The notes beneath the pieces are model-generated. The model had not been told where the DNA came from. It worked only from the letters and a program-made list of their open reading frames with translations, and did not search any database. A stretch of DNA of 64,000 nucleotides. It comes from Rhizomicrobium sp. Lineage in GTDB: Bacteria > Pseudomonadota > Alphaproteobacteria > Micropepsales > Micropepsaceae. The stretch lies in contig DATJXR010000035.1 of NCBI GenBank assembly GCA_035499995.1, forward strand, positions 25,351 through 89,350, read 5' to 3'. Positions within the stretch are counted from its first letter, which is position 1. Every line of letters begins with the position of its first letter. This document shows, one piece after another, positions 9,950 to 18,930 of this stretch. The position numbers and the translations under genes are program-made.

Positions 9950-10852
9950 ATGGGCATGATCGCGAAGATTTTCGTCGGTGAAAACCGCGCGCTTCACCAC
10001 ATCTGGCGCGCGGCGATCTTCTTCGCGCTGGTGACGTTCGCCTTCCCGTTCGCGGCCCAGCCCGCCGTCGAATGGGTGGTCGGCCGCTTCCACATGCAGC
10101 AGGCGTTGAGCGCTACCAACATCGCGTTCGGCGAGGGCATGAATCTCGTCTTCGCGCTCCTGGCGACGGCGCTGTTCGCGGCGTTCGAGCGGCGCGGCCT
10201 CGGCGCCTACGGCCTGCCGCTGCGCCGTGCCTTCGGCGCGCAGACCTGGGAAGGCTTCCTGACCGGCATCGCGATGGCTGGTGCGGTGGCCGCCGGCATG
10301 ATCGCGCTGGGCGGCATGCAGATCCACGGACTGGCACTGACGGGCGAAGCGCTCGCGCTGTCGGCGCTGGCCTGGCTCGGCGCCAATGTGCTGGTGGGCC
10401 TCGCGGAAGAGCTTTGGTTCCGCGCTTATTTCCTGCAATCGCTATGGAGGAGCATCGGCTTCTGGCCGGCGGCCATCGTCATCGCGGCCATCTTCGCGGC
10501 GCTGCATTACTTCTACAAGGACGGCGAGAACATCTGGGACGTGATCACGCTGGTTTCGATCAGCATGCTGCTCTGCTTCACGGTCAAGCGCACGGGCTTT
10601 CTGTGGTTCGCAGTCGGGTTCCACATCGCGTTCGACTTCATGCAGTTCTTCGTGATCGGCACGCCCAACGGCAACCTCATCCCGCAGGGCCGCATGCTGG
10701 ACGTCACGTTCAACGGCCCGGCCTGGCTCACCGGCGGCGTGCTCGGCACCGAAGCGAGCTGGCTGATGTATCCCATGATCGCGCTGGTTTGGATCTACGT
10801 CGCGATGCGCTATCGTCCGGCCGCCGCCACGGGCGCGGCGCCCGCGGAGTAA
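9950..10852 (+). CDS. CPBP-family intramembrane glutamic metalloprotease (CAAX protease / Abi-like)
   Basis: Met 46 of track ORF 9815..10852 (MGMIAKIFVGEN...). Polytopic membrane protein with an EELWFRAY motif (EExxxR), an FxxxH motif (FAALHYFYK) and a second His motif (FHIAFDFMQF), typical of CPBP proteins. Confidence 0.75.
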   Translation: MGMIAKIFVGENRALHHIWRAAIFFALVTFAFPFAAQPAVEWVVGRFHMQQALSATNIAFGEGMNLVFALLATALFAAFERRGLGAYGLPLRRAFGAQTWEGFLTGIAMAGAVAAGMIALGGMQIHGLALTGEALALSALAWLGANVLVGLAEELWFRAYFLQSLWRSIGFWPAAIVIAAIFAALHYFYKDGENIWDVITLVSISMLLCFTVKRTGFLWFAVGFHIAFDFMQFFVIGTPNGNLIPQGRMLDVTFNGPAWLTGGVLGTEASWLMYPMIALVWIYVAMRYRPAAATGAAPAE

Positions 10853-10855
10853 CCC

Positions 10856-11338
10856 ATGCACTGGATACGCGAAGCCGTCTGGCCGCGGGACGAAGCGGCG
10901 GCGCTCGGCTTCATCATGGGATCGCAGCATTTCGAGCACGCGATCGAGCCCAATCGCCGGCTCGACGCCCCCGTCGCCGGCGAACATCTCAAGGTCCTGA
11001 AGGGCAGGGTTGCGGAGAACGGCGGCAAGTTCTTCGTGGTGGAAGGCGAGGATGGCGAGGCCGCTGGATGGGGCGTCGTGTATCTTCAGGACGACGACGT
11101 GTTCGTGGTGCCCACCGAGCGCCGCTTCGCTTACGTGGCGGAGCTGTTCGTGATCGAGGCGCTGCGCGGGCAGGGGGCGGGCCGGGCGCTGATCGCGGCG
11201 TGCGAGGATTGGGGCCGCAGCCAGGGCGCCGGCCTGATGCAGATCGGCGTGCTGCCCGGCAATGCGCGCGCCGCCGGGATCTACCGCCGCGCGGGCTATT
11301 CCGACTACGGCCTGCAGCTGCGCAAATATCTCCGCTAG
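10856..11338 (+). CDS. GNAT-family N-acetyltransferase
   Basis: 160 aa, 4 nt after the CPBP stop. Acetyl-CoA-binding motif region (RGQGAGRALIAAC). Confidence 0.8.
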   Translation: MHWIREAVWPRDEAAALGFIMGSQHFEHAIEPNRRLDAPVAGEHLKVLKGRVAENGGKFFVVEGEDGEAAGWGVVYLQDDDVFVVPTERRFAYVAELFVIEALRGQGAGRALIAACEDWGRSQGAGLMQIGVLPGNARAAGIYRRAGYSDYGLQLRKYLR

Positions 11339-11345
11339 CCGCGCC

Positions 11346-11816
11346 TCAACGCTGCCACAGCAGCACCGCGCCCTCGAGCGCGAACGCCGCGCCATACAGC
11401 ACGCCCGAAGCCACGGCCAACGCCGGTTGAACAAGCGATGCCACTCCCGCCACCGTCGCGCCCAGCCACGCCAGCGCGGCCAGTTGGGACGGCGCCCTGC
11501 GGTACAGAAGAACGGCCGCGAACAGCGCCGTGCCCACAAGCGTGAGGCCCGCGGCCTCTTGATACACATTCACGTGCATCGCCACGCTGAGCCGTATCGT
11601 GAGCAGGCCGAGCGCGCCCAGGACGATTCCGAATATGCCAAGCCAGCCGATGCGGTCGCGCAGCGCAAGGAAGAAGCCGGTATAGCCCAGCAGCAGCGCC
11701 GCATCGGTGACCGCGTAGGAAATCTGGAGCGCGAGCGTATCGAGTGAGTGGACGGGGAACGTGTTCGCGATCCGCAGCAGCCCGCCCAGAACCGCTACGT
11801 ATAGCAAGTCGCGCAT
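11346..11816 (-). CDS. hypothetical membrane protein
   Basis: Met 15 of track ORF 11346..11858 (MRDLLYVAVLGG...) preceded by a GGAGGG RBS. Four hydrophobic helices. The stop of the upstream Rieske gene lies 2 nt before its start, so the two are likely co-transcribed. Confidence 0.5.
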   Translation of the reverse strand: MRDLLYVAVLGGLLRIANTFPVHSLDTLALQISYAVTDAALLLGYTGFFLALRDRIGWLGIFGIVLGALGLLTIRLSVAMHVNVYQEAAGLTLVGTALFAAVLLYRRAPSQLAALAWLGATVAGVASLVQPALAVASGVLYGAAFALEGAVLLWQR

Positions 11817-11817
11817 C

Positions 11818-13389
11818 TCAGCCCTCCCTGGCGACGAAGTCGAGCGCCTGGCTCGCATTGCGCAGGCCGTGATGGCGCTTCATGGGAACATGCAGGTAGC
11901 GGTTGACCGCCGCGCACATCGGGGCGGCCCAGGGCGCATCCGGCGCGCATGCAAGCTCGCGCCGGAGCGCGTTGAGCACCTTGAGCCGGTGGCAGGCGAC
12001 GATCGGCTCCGGCACGCCGTGGTCGTAGAGCGCGTGCGTCTCTTCCGACAGGAACCGCGCCCGGTCCGTCACCGTCCAGCCGGCGGCCTCGCCGGCATCG
12101 CGCACATATTTGCGGTTGCGGCCCACGAACAGCGCCAGCTGGAGCAGCGCGCTGGGCCAAAGCGCGGGTGCTTCCTCGCAGAGCTCGCGCGCCGCGCTGG
12201 CGAAAGTCAGCGCGTGGGTGAAATCCAGCCAGCCGACATTGTCGGCGATGGCATTGCCGGCCGCTTCCTGCACGGCGATGTCGAAATGAAGCATGTTCCA
12301 GCCCGCCGCGCCCAGCAGCGCATCGAAAAGCTCCCGCGCCGGCCGGCCCGAGGAGCCGAGCGTCCGTGCCAGGATCGCATCGACCGGCATGCCCACGAAA
12401 TCCTCCGCGGCCGCGCGCCGGGTTCCGCTGCCGTCCCATTCGGCGAGCGCCCTGGCGTAGCCGCGGAATTCCGGCAGCCGCTCTTCGCGCGTGGCGCGCA
12501 CGACAGAGCGGGTCAATGACAGCGCCAGCGCCTCCGTCGCCTCGCCGCCCAGCATGTCGTCGAGGCGGGCGAGGTTGACGCTGTAGATGGCGCTGTGCCC
12601 GAAATCGGCGTAATGGGCGAGCGCGGCTTTTCCGAAGGCGGCGCGCAATTGGCCGAGCGATCTGCCTTCCGCCAGCGCGCCGCGCACCCGCGAAACGGCC
12701 TCGTGCTCCCGTTCGGCTTCGACCGCCGCGAGGAAGGCGGACTCGTCCCAGCGCCGGGCCTCCACCGGGTAGGGATAGGCGCCGGCGCCCTGGCTGTCCC
12801 AGGCCAGATGCCCAATGGGCTCCAAAAGCGCGGCCAGGCGCAGCTGCGGCGTGGCCGCGCGCGCGGAAAGCTCCAGCCAGTCGGCGGCGGCGCCATGGGC
12901 GTGGGTCGCGCCGTCCTCGAAGCGGTCGTTGACGGCGTTGAGCGCATGCACGAGCGCTTTGCGCCCGTCATAGCCCGCGCGCTCCAGCCGGGCGACCTCG
13001 CGCGCCATGCGGGCCGCGTCGTTGTCGCCAAGCGCCGCCTGGAGCCCGCCGAGCGCCCGCGCCCGCTGGGCCTCCGCCGGCGGGTCGGCGAGATCGAGCC
13101 AGATTTCTCCCCCCTTTACGGCGACGGGATAGGTTCGCACCGGATCGCGGCCCGCCAGCGCTTCGCCCGTGCCGAGATCGAATTTCCAGTTGTGCCAGTT
13201 GCAGGTCAGCACGCAGCCCGGCCCCAGCGTGCCTTCGCTCAATGGATAGCCCTCGTGCGGGCAGCGGTTGGCGATGGCGAAAATCCGTCCCGCCCGCGCG
13301 ATCAGCAGAACCTGCTTGCCCTCTTGCCGAACCAGCTTGCGCCCGGCGGCGAGAACCTCCGCTTCGCGGATTCGCGTGGCTGCAAGCAT
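11818..13389 (-). CDS. Rieske [2Fe-2S] domain protein fused to a ~410-aa C-terminal domain of unknown function
   Basis: Met 193 of track ORF 11818..13965 (MLAATRIREAEVLAAGRKL...). Rieske ligands CPHEGYPL...CNWHNWKF (CxH-x16-CxxH). The rest of the track ORF upstream is read-through of the intergenic region. GGAG RBS. Confidence 0.75.
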   Translation of the reverse strand: MLAATRIREAEVLAAGRKLVRQEGKQVLLIARAGRIFAIANRCPHEGYPLSEGTLGPGCVLTCNWHNWKFDLGTGEALAGRDPVRTYPVAVKGGEIWLDLADPPAEAQRARALGGLQAALGDNDAARMAREVARLERAGYDGRKALVHALNAVNDRFEDGATHAHGAAADWLELSARAATPQLRLAALLEPIGHLAWDSQGAGAYPYPVEARRWDESAFLAAVEAEREHEAVSRVRGALAEGRSLGQLRAAFGKAALAHYADFGHSAIYSVNLARLDDMLGGEATEALALSLTRSVVRATREERLPEFRGYARALAEWDGSGTRRAAAEDFVGMPVDAILARTLGSSGRPARELFDALLGAAGWNMLHFDIAVQEAAGNAIADNVGWLDFTHALTFASAARELCEEAPALWPSALLQLALFVGRNRKYVRDAGEAAGWTVTDRARFLSEETHALYDHGVPEPIVACHRLKVLNALRRELACAPDAPWAAPMCAAVNRYLHVPMKRHHGLRNASQALDFVAREG

Positions 13390-13405
13390 CGCCGGCGGCT
13401 CCTTC

Positions 13406-13480
13406 GTTTTTGCAAGTCTGTACTTTCGAAAGTCTGGACCCGCCTCTTGCTTTTCGCAAGTCGAAACTTTAGAAAATAAG
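13406..13480. promoter_or_regulatory. candidate operator: two ~26-bp direct repeats (TTTTYGCAAGTC-N3-ACTTTMGAAAR), the first containing the perfect palindrome ACTTTCGAAAGT, in the divergent Rieske/regulator intergenic region
   Basis: Read directly: ...TTTTTGCAAGTCTGTACTTTCGAAAGTCTGGAC...TTTTCGCAAGTCGAAACTTTAGAAAATAAG..., about 20/26 identical, unusually AT-rich for this genome. Coordinates are +/-2 nt. Confidence 0.4.
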
Positions 13481-13482
13481 CC

Positions 13483-14124
13483 ATGCAGGCATCGCAACCC
13501 CCGGGCCGGATGGCCGTCGTCGCGCTCCTGAAGCAGGACGGGCCGATGTCCGCCGGCATGCTGGCCGGGCGGCTCGGAATCACCGCCGCCGCCGTGCGCC
13601 TGCACCTGGCCGCGCTCGAGAGCGATGGGATCGCCGCATTCACCCGTCAGTTGCGCCCCCGCGGCCGCCCCGTGCAGATCTGGCGGCTTACCGGCAAGGG
13701 CGACAGCTATTTCGCGGACTGCCACGCGGCGCTCGCGGGCGAGCTGATCCTGCAGACCCGCAAGGCCTTCGGCGAGGAGGGCGTGGACCGGGTTCTCGCG
13801 CTGCGCACCGGCGAGCAGGAAAGGGCCTATCGTGCGCGCGTGGCGGCCGCCCGTTCGCTCAAGGCGAGGCTCGAACGGCTGGCCAAAATCCGCTCCTCGG
13901 AAGGCTACATGGCCCGGGTGGAGCGCGATCCGGACTGCGGGGAATGGCTGCTGGTCGAAAACCACTGCCCGATCTGCGCGGCCGCCCGCCTATGCTGCGG
14001 CATCTGCCGCGAGGAACTCGCGCTTTTCCGCCGGGTGCTCGGAAAGGATGTCCGCGTCGAGCGCTCCACGCACATCGTGTCCGGCGACCGGAGCTGTTCC
14101 TATCGGATTTCCCAGGCGCGCTGA
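13483..14124 (+). CDS. winged-helix (ArsR/HTH_20-like) transcriptional regulator with a C-terminal cysteine cluster (CPICAAARLCCGIC)
   Basis: 213 aa. The N-terminal HTH is of ArsR type (MSAGMLAGRLGITAAAVRLHLAALESDGI), so this is a metal- or redox-sensing type by architecture. Divergent from the Rieske gene. Confidence 0.65.
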   Translation: MQASQPPGRMAVVALLKQDGPMSAGMLAGRLGITAAAVRLHLAALESDGIAAFTRQLRPRGRPVQIWRLTGKGDSYFADCHAALAGELILQTRKAFGEEGVDRVLALRTGEQERAYRARVAAARSLKARLERLAKIRSSEGYMARVERDPDCGEWLLVENHCPICAAARLCCGICREELALFRRVLGKDVRVERSTHIVSGDRSCSYRISQAR

Positions 14125-14186
14125 TCCAGCGGCATTTGGCCACTGGCCCGCGCAAGCGTCAGCGATTATGTCTTTTCCAGTCCAAG

Positions 14187-16022
14187 ATGACCGCCAATCA
14201 GGACATTTCAACGGGGCTTCTCGCGCGGCTGCAATCGGCAGGCGGCCGGTCCGCGGCGGGCCTCCGCCGGAGCCTGCGATCCAACGATTTCGCGCAGATC
14301 CTGGCTTGCGGGGTCGCCGGCACGTTCATCGGCGCGCTCGTCGATCTGCTGCGCCAGGCGGTGGAAAAATTCCACCAGCTGAATTTCCTTCTGGGCCGGC
14401 ACGGGCTGCTGAGCACCGGCATCGGCGTGTCGCCGGAGCGGATCGTCGTCGTGCCGCTGCTGGGCGGGCTCGCGGTCGGCCTCTTCGCGCTGTGGACGTC
14501 GCGCATGCGCGGCCACGATATCGTCGATCCCATCGAGGCCAACGCGATGTATGGCGGGCGCATGTCGCTCAGGGACAGTATGCGGCTGACCTTCGCGACC
14601 GTGCTGTCGAATGCCGCGGGCGCCTCGCTGGGCATGGAGGCGGGCTACAGCCAGATCGGCGCCGGGCTCTTCTCCGCGCTGGCCCGCAACTTCGGCTTGC
14701 GCCGGGAAGACATGCGGGTCTTCGTCACCGCGGGCGCCTCCGCCGCCATCGCGGCCGCCTTCAACGCGCCACTGGCCGGCGCCTTCTACGGCTTCGAGCT
14801 GATCCTGGCGCAATACACCGTGCGCGCGCTGGCGCCCATCGCCGTCGCCTGCGTCGCCGCCACGCTGGCGCAGGACGCGCTCTCCCACCCTCCCGTCCTG
14901 TTCCATGCGCCCGCCGGCACGCCGCATGAAACGATCAGCTACGTCCTGTTCGGCGCGATGGGCGTCCTCGCCGCCGCACTGGCAATCCTGGCCATGCTGG
15001 CCGTAACGTGGGTGGAGCGCGGCGCCCGCCGGCTGCCGCTGCCGGAATGGCTGCGCCCGGCGCTCGGCGGGCTGCTGCTCTCCGTCGTGGCGCTGAGTTT
15101 TCCCCAGGTGCTGGGCAGCGGCCATGGCGGCATCCAGTACCACCTGGACCTGCATTGGACGCTCCTGCCGCTGCTGGCGCTGCTCTTCGCCAAGCTGGTT
15201 GCGTCCGCGATCTCCGTGGGCTCGGGATTCCGCGGAGGGCTGTTCAGCTCGTCCCTGTTTCTCGGATGCCTGTTCGGCGCCGCCTTCGCGCAGGGCGTGG
15301 CCCTGCTCGATCCCGCGCTGTCGCAGCAATACGACGCTTTCGTCATCGTCGGCATGGCATCCATCGCCGCCGCGATCATCGGCGCGCCGCTGACGATGGT
15401 GTTCCTCGTGCTGGAGGGGACCGGCGATTTCCCGCTCACCGTGGGCGTGCTCATCGGCGTGGTGACGGCCTCCACGATCTCGCGGCTGGCGTTCGGGTAC
15501 TCCTTCTCCACCTGGCGCTTCCACCAGCGCGGACTGGGCATCCGCAGCGCGCACGACGTCGGCTGGATCGCCGACCTCACCGTCGGGCGGCTGATGCGCT
15601 CCGATCCCAAGGTCGTCGCCGAGGACATGACGATCGCCATGCTGCGCAAGAAGCATCCCATCGGCAGCGCCAAGCGCATCTTCGTGACGGACGGCGAAGG
15701 CCGGTTCAAGGGATTGCTCGATCTCGCCAAGGTCTACGACGCCGAATACGACGCGGACTCCGATTCGCGGCGCGTCGGATCGCTCGCGCGCGACTGCGCC
15801 GTGCTGCTGCCGGGCGAGAACGTGCGCACGGCCGCGGCGCGCTTCGAGACAAGCGAAAGCGAGGTTCTGCCCGTGGTGGACTCCCGGGCCGACCGCAAGC
15901 TGGTCGGCTATCTGACGGAGGCCTTCGCGCTTCGGCGCTACACCCAGGAGTTCGAGCGCCGCCGCAGCGCCGAGCTGGGCGAGCGGGACCTGTTCTCCAT
16001 CGGCCCGATACCGCGCGCCTGA
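14187..16022 (+). CDS. ClC-family voltage-gated chloride channel / H+-Cl- antiporter with C-terminal CBS domains
   Basis: Met 82 of track ORF 13944..16022 (MTANQDIS...). GxGxPxG-like selectivity motifs (GSGFRGG, GAPLTMVF) and a CBS pair at the C-terminus. Confidence 0.85.
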   Translation: MTANQDISTGLLARLQSAGGRSAAGLRRSLRSNDFAQILACGVAGTFIGALVDLLRQAVEKFHQLNFLLGRHGLLSTGIGVSPERIVVVPLLGGLAVGLFALWTSRMRGHDIVDPIEANAMYGGRMSLRDSMRLTFATVLSNAAGASLGMEAGYSQIGAGLFSALARNFGLRREDMRVFVTAGASAAIAAAFNAPLAGAFYGFELILAQYTVRALAPIAVACVAATLAQDALSHPPVLFHAPAGTPHETISYVLFGAMGVLAAALAILAMLAVTWVERGARRLPLPEWLRPALGGLLLSVVALSFPQVLGSGHGGIQYHLDLHWTLLPLLALLFAKLVASAISVGSGFRGGLFSSSLFLGCLFGAAFAQGVALLDPALSQQYDAFVIVGMASIAAAIIGAPLTMVFLVLEGTGDFPLTVGVLIGVVTASTISRLAFGYSFSTWRFHQRGLGIRSAHDVGWIADLTVGRLMRSDPKVVAEDMTIAMLRKKHPIGSAKRIFVTDGEGRFKGLLDLAKVYDAEYDADSDSRRVGSLARDCAVLLPGENVRTAAARFETSESEVLPVVDSRADRKLVGYLTEAFALRRYTQEFERRRSAELGERDLFSIGPIPRA

Positions 16023-16177
16023 CGGCCGGCGTCACATTTCCGCAATGGCCCAGGCGGCGCGCCGCTGCGGCGATTTGGCCGTGAACAAAAGAATATTGCC
16101 GGCCCGAATTCACATCTGTGTCGCACTGCGAGCTTAACCGCTGGACCCGCTTGGGGCGCCTTGCAAGGAGGGAGAAT

Positions 16178-17203
16178 ATGTTTCGTGCACTTTCGGCGGC
16201 GCTTGCCGTTTCGGCCGCGCTGATCGCCGCACCCGCGGCGGCGGATTCGCTCAATGGTGCCGGGGGCACCGCGATCTATCCCGTGCTCCAGGTCTGGGCC
16301 CAGAAATACCAGGCCAAGACCGGCACCGCGGTGAACTATCAGGCCATCGGTTCCGGCGGCGGCATCAAGGCCATCGAATCCAAGACGGTGGATTTCGCCA
16401 ATTCCGACAAGCCGCTCAAGCCCGACGACCTGGACAAGAACGGCCTCATCCAGTTCCCGCAGGTCATCATCTCCATCGTGCCGGTCGTGAACCTGCCCGG
16501 CATCAAGCCCGGCGAGCTCGTCATCGACGGCAAGACGCTGGCGGAGATCTACCTCGGCAAGATCACCAGGTGGAACGATCCCGCGCTCAAGGCGCTCAAC
16601 CCGCATGTCGACCTGCCGGACATGGCGATCACCACGGTGCACCGCGCCGACGGCTCGGGCACGACCTTCAATTTCACCGACTATCTTTCCAAGATGAGCC
16701 CGGAGTGGAAATCGCAGGTGGGCTCCGACACATCGGTCTCGTGGCCGGGCAACGGGCTCTCTGGCAAAGGCAACGCCGGCGTCGCGGGCGAAGTCACGCA
16801 GGTGCAGGGCACGCTCGGCTATGTCGAGTTCGCCTACGCCATGCAGTCCAACATGGTCTACATGGACATGATCAACTCCGCCGGCAAGCGCGTGAAGCCG
16901 ACCATGGACGCATTCCAGTCCGCCGCCGCCAACGCCGACTTCTCCAAGGTGCAGGATTTCTACCTGATCCTCACCGACCAGCCCGGCGCCAGGAGCTGGC
17001 CGATCACGGCTGCCACCTACATGCTGATGCGCAAGGACTACGCCGCCTCGAAGAACCATGCCGTGCTCGAGTTCCTGGACTGGGCGCTGCACGAGGGCCA
17101 GGCCGACTCGCGCAAGCTCGACTACGTCCCGTTCCCCGACGGCGTGGTGAAGCAGATCGAGCGCTCCTGGACGTCCAACCTCGGCGCGGACGCCTGGAAA
17201 TAG
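16178..17203 (+). CDS. pstS: phosphate ABC transporter substrate-binding protein PstS
   Basis: Met 21 of track ORF 16118..17203 with an AAGGAGGGAG RBS, a signal peptide (MFRALSAALAVSAALIAAPAAA) and a PBP-like fold typical of PstS. No pstCAB follows. Confidence 0.85.
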   Translation: MFRALSAALAVSAALIAAPAAADSLNGAGGTAIYPVLQVWAQKYQAKTGTAVNYQAIGSGGGIKAIESKTVDFANSDKPLKPDDLDKNGLIQFPQVIISIVPVVNLPGIKPGELVIDGKTLAEIYLGKITRWNDPALKALNPHVDLPDMAITTVHRADGSGTTFNFTDYLSKMSPEWKSQVGSDTSVSWPGNGLSGKGNAGVAGEVTQVQGTLGYVEFAYAMQSNMVYMDMINSAGKRVKPTMDAFQSAAANADFSKVQDFYLILTDQPGARSWPITAATYMLMRKDYAASKNHAVLEFLDWALHEGQADSRKLDYVPFPDGVVKQIERSWTSNLGADAWK

Positions 17204-17225
17204 CTTTCGTCCTCTCGTGAAGACT

Positions 17226-17260
17226 CACCGGCGGGCGCAGGCACCCCGCCGGTGCTTTTT
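17226..17260 (+). terminator. rho-independent terminator after pstS
   Basis: Perfect 10-bp stem CACCGGCGGG/CCCGCCGGTG with a 9-nt loop, followed by CTTTTTCACC. Confidence 0.55.
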
Positions 17261-17841
17261 CACCGCGGGAAAAGGTGAAGCTGCGCGTATTGCAGCAGCA
17301 TGATGGTCTTGGCATCGCAGATGCGCCCATCGGCCATCATCGAGACGGCGTCCCCGAAGCCGAGCTCCAGCACCTCGATATCCTCGCCTTCTTCCATCAG
17401 CCCGCCGCCCGCGCTCTCCCGTGCCCCGTATTCGCCCACATAGAGGTGAAGCTTCTCCGTCACCGCGCCGGGGCTCATGAACGCCTCGAAGACCTTGCGG
17501 ACGTTGCGCGGCGTGTAGCCCGTTTCCTCCCTCGCCTCCGAGACGATGCGCGCCTCCGGGCCGGCCTCGTCGAGCAGGCCGGCCGCGGCCTCGATGAGCA
17601 TTTCGCGGTAGCCGTTCATGTAGGCCGGCAGCCGGAATTGCCGGGTGAGCACGACGCTGCGTCTGGCGAGATTGTAGAGCAGGATGGCGCAGCCGTTGCC
17701 CCGGTCGTAGCTCTCCCGCGCCGCCCGCTGCCAGGCGCCGTCGCCCCGCCGCCACGAGAAGGTGACCTTGTGCAGGGTGTAATGGTTGTCGGAGAGGATC
17801 TCGTCGGTTTCGATTCTCACCCTGCCGGCGATTTCGGTCAT
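17260..17841 (-). CDS. NUDIX hydrolase (nucleoside-diphosphate-sugar pyrophosphatase-like)
   Basis: Met 73 of track ORF 17260..18057 (MTEIAGRVRIETDEILSDN...). Nudix box GLLDEAGPEARIVSEAREETG (GX5EX7REUXEEXGU). Confidence 0.75.
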   Translation of the reverse strand: MTEIAGRVRIETDEILSDNHYTLHKVTFSWRRGDGAWQRAARESYDRGNGCAILLYNLARRSVVLTRQFRLPAYMNGYREMLIEAAAGLLDEAGPEARIVSEAREETGYTPRNVRKVFEAFMSPGAVTEKLHLYVGEYGARESAGGGLMEEGEDIEVLELGFGDAVSMMADGRICDAKTIMLLQYAQLHLFPR

Positions 17842-17854
17842 CGGACGCACCCAA

Positions 17855-17890
17855 TGCAAAAGGCCGCCCGCGGCGGACGGCCTTTGGAAT
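17855..17890 (-). terminator. putative rho-independent terminator downstream of rpsU
   Basis: On the minus strand the sequence reads CCAAAGGCCGTCCGCCGCGGGCGGCCTTTTGCATT: a GC-rich hairpin followed by a T-tract. Confidence 0.4.
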
Positions 17891-17941
17891 TCCTTCAAAT
17901 CCGAGCCCCGCTTTCGCCGGGATGGACCGGCTCGCGCCAGG

Positions 17942-18154
17942 TCACTTCGGCAGCACGCCTTCGCGCTGGAGGCGCTTGCGCTGGAGCTTGCGGTAGCGGC
18001 GGATGGCCTCGGCGCGCTCGCGGGCCCGCTTCTCGCTCGGCTTCTCGTAATGTCCACGAAGCTTCATCTCGCGGAAGATGCCTTCGCGCTGCATCTTCTT
18101 CTTGAGCGCCTTCAGCGCCTGGTCGATGTTGTTGTCGCGGACGATGATCTGCAA
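17942..18154 (-). CDS. rpsU: 30S ribosomal protein S21
   Basis: 70 aa from a TTG start ([46 protein letters not shown]...) with an AGGAG RBS 7 nt upstream. The rest of track ORF 17942..18523 is upstream read-through. Confidence 0.9.
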   Translation of the reverse strand: MQIIVRDNNIDQALKALKKKMQREGIFREMKLRGHYEKPSEKRARERAEAIRRYRKLQRKRLQREGVLPK

Positions 18155-18314
18155 GCGAGGCTCCTGGTACGTTTCCGTGGCCGATTGAGGGCGCGGTAAA
18201 TAACAGATGGCCTGCGGCCTGTCCACCATGCCCCGTCCGGCCCGGGCCGCTGCGGAAACCCCGGAATTCGCTGGGGAATCTGGACTTTCGGCGCGGCTGA
18301 ACCATATTAGGGCC

Positions 18315-18875
18315 ATGGCCATTCTCAAGATCGCCCGCATGGGCCACCCGGTGCTGGCCGCCAGGGCCGAGCCCGTCACCAATCCGGCGGCGCCCGAAAT
18401 CCGCAAGCTCGCCGCCGACATGATCGAGACGATGATCGACGCCAGCGGCGCGGGGCTGGCGGCGCCGCAGGTCCATGTGCCGCTACGGCTGGTCGTGTTC
18501 CAGGCCCCGGACGACCGCAGCACCGATCCGGGACTGTCGGAAGCCGAGCGCTTCGATCACACCGTGCCCCTGACCGTGCTGGTCAATCCCGAAATCGAGA
18601 TACTGGGCTCGGGGAAAGAGGCCGGGTGGGAGGGCTGCCTGTCGGTTCCGGGCTTGCGCGGCGTGGTCTCGCGGCCCGATCACATCCGTTACGGCGGCTA
18701 CGACCTCGACGGCCGGCGCGTCACGCGCGTGGCGCGCGGGTTCCACGCCAGGGTCGTCCAGCATGAAGTCGATCATCTGGACGGCATCCTCTATCCGCAG
18801 CGCATGGACGATCTCTCGCAACTGATCTTCGAATCGGAGATTCGTCACTGGGTCCAGCCGGATGGCGAGAAATGA
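18315..18875 (+). CDS. def: peptide deformylase
   Basis: Met 37 of track ORF 18207..18875 ([17 protein letters not shown]...). Motifs GxGxAAxQ ([10 protein letters not shown]), EGCLS and HEVDH. Confidence 0.9.
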   Translation: MAILKIARMGHPVLAARAEPVTNPAAPEIRKLAADMIETMIDASGAGLAAPQVHVPLRLVVFQAPDDRSTDPGLSEAERFDHTVPLTVLVNPEIEILGSGKEAGWEGCLSVPGLRGVVSRPDHIRYGGYDLDGRRVTRVARGFHARVVQHEVDHLDGILYPQRMDDLSQLIFESEIRHWVQPDGEK

Positions 18876-18930
18876 ATGCCCGCCGCGTCCGACCTAGGAG
18901 CGCCGCGGCAAACGTCGTAATCTCCGCGCC

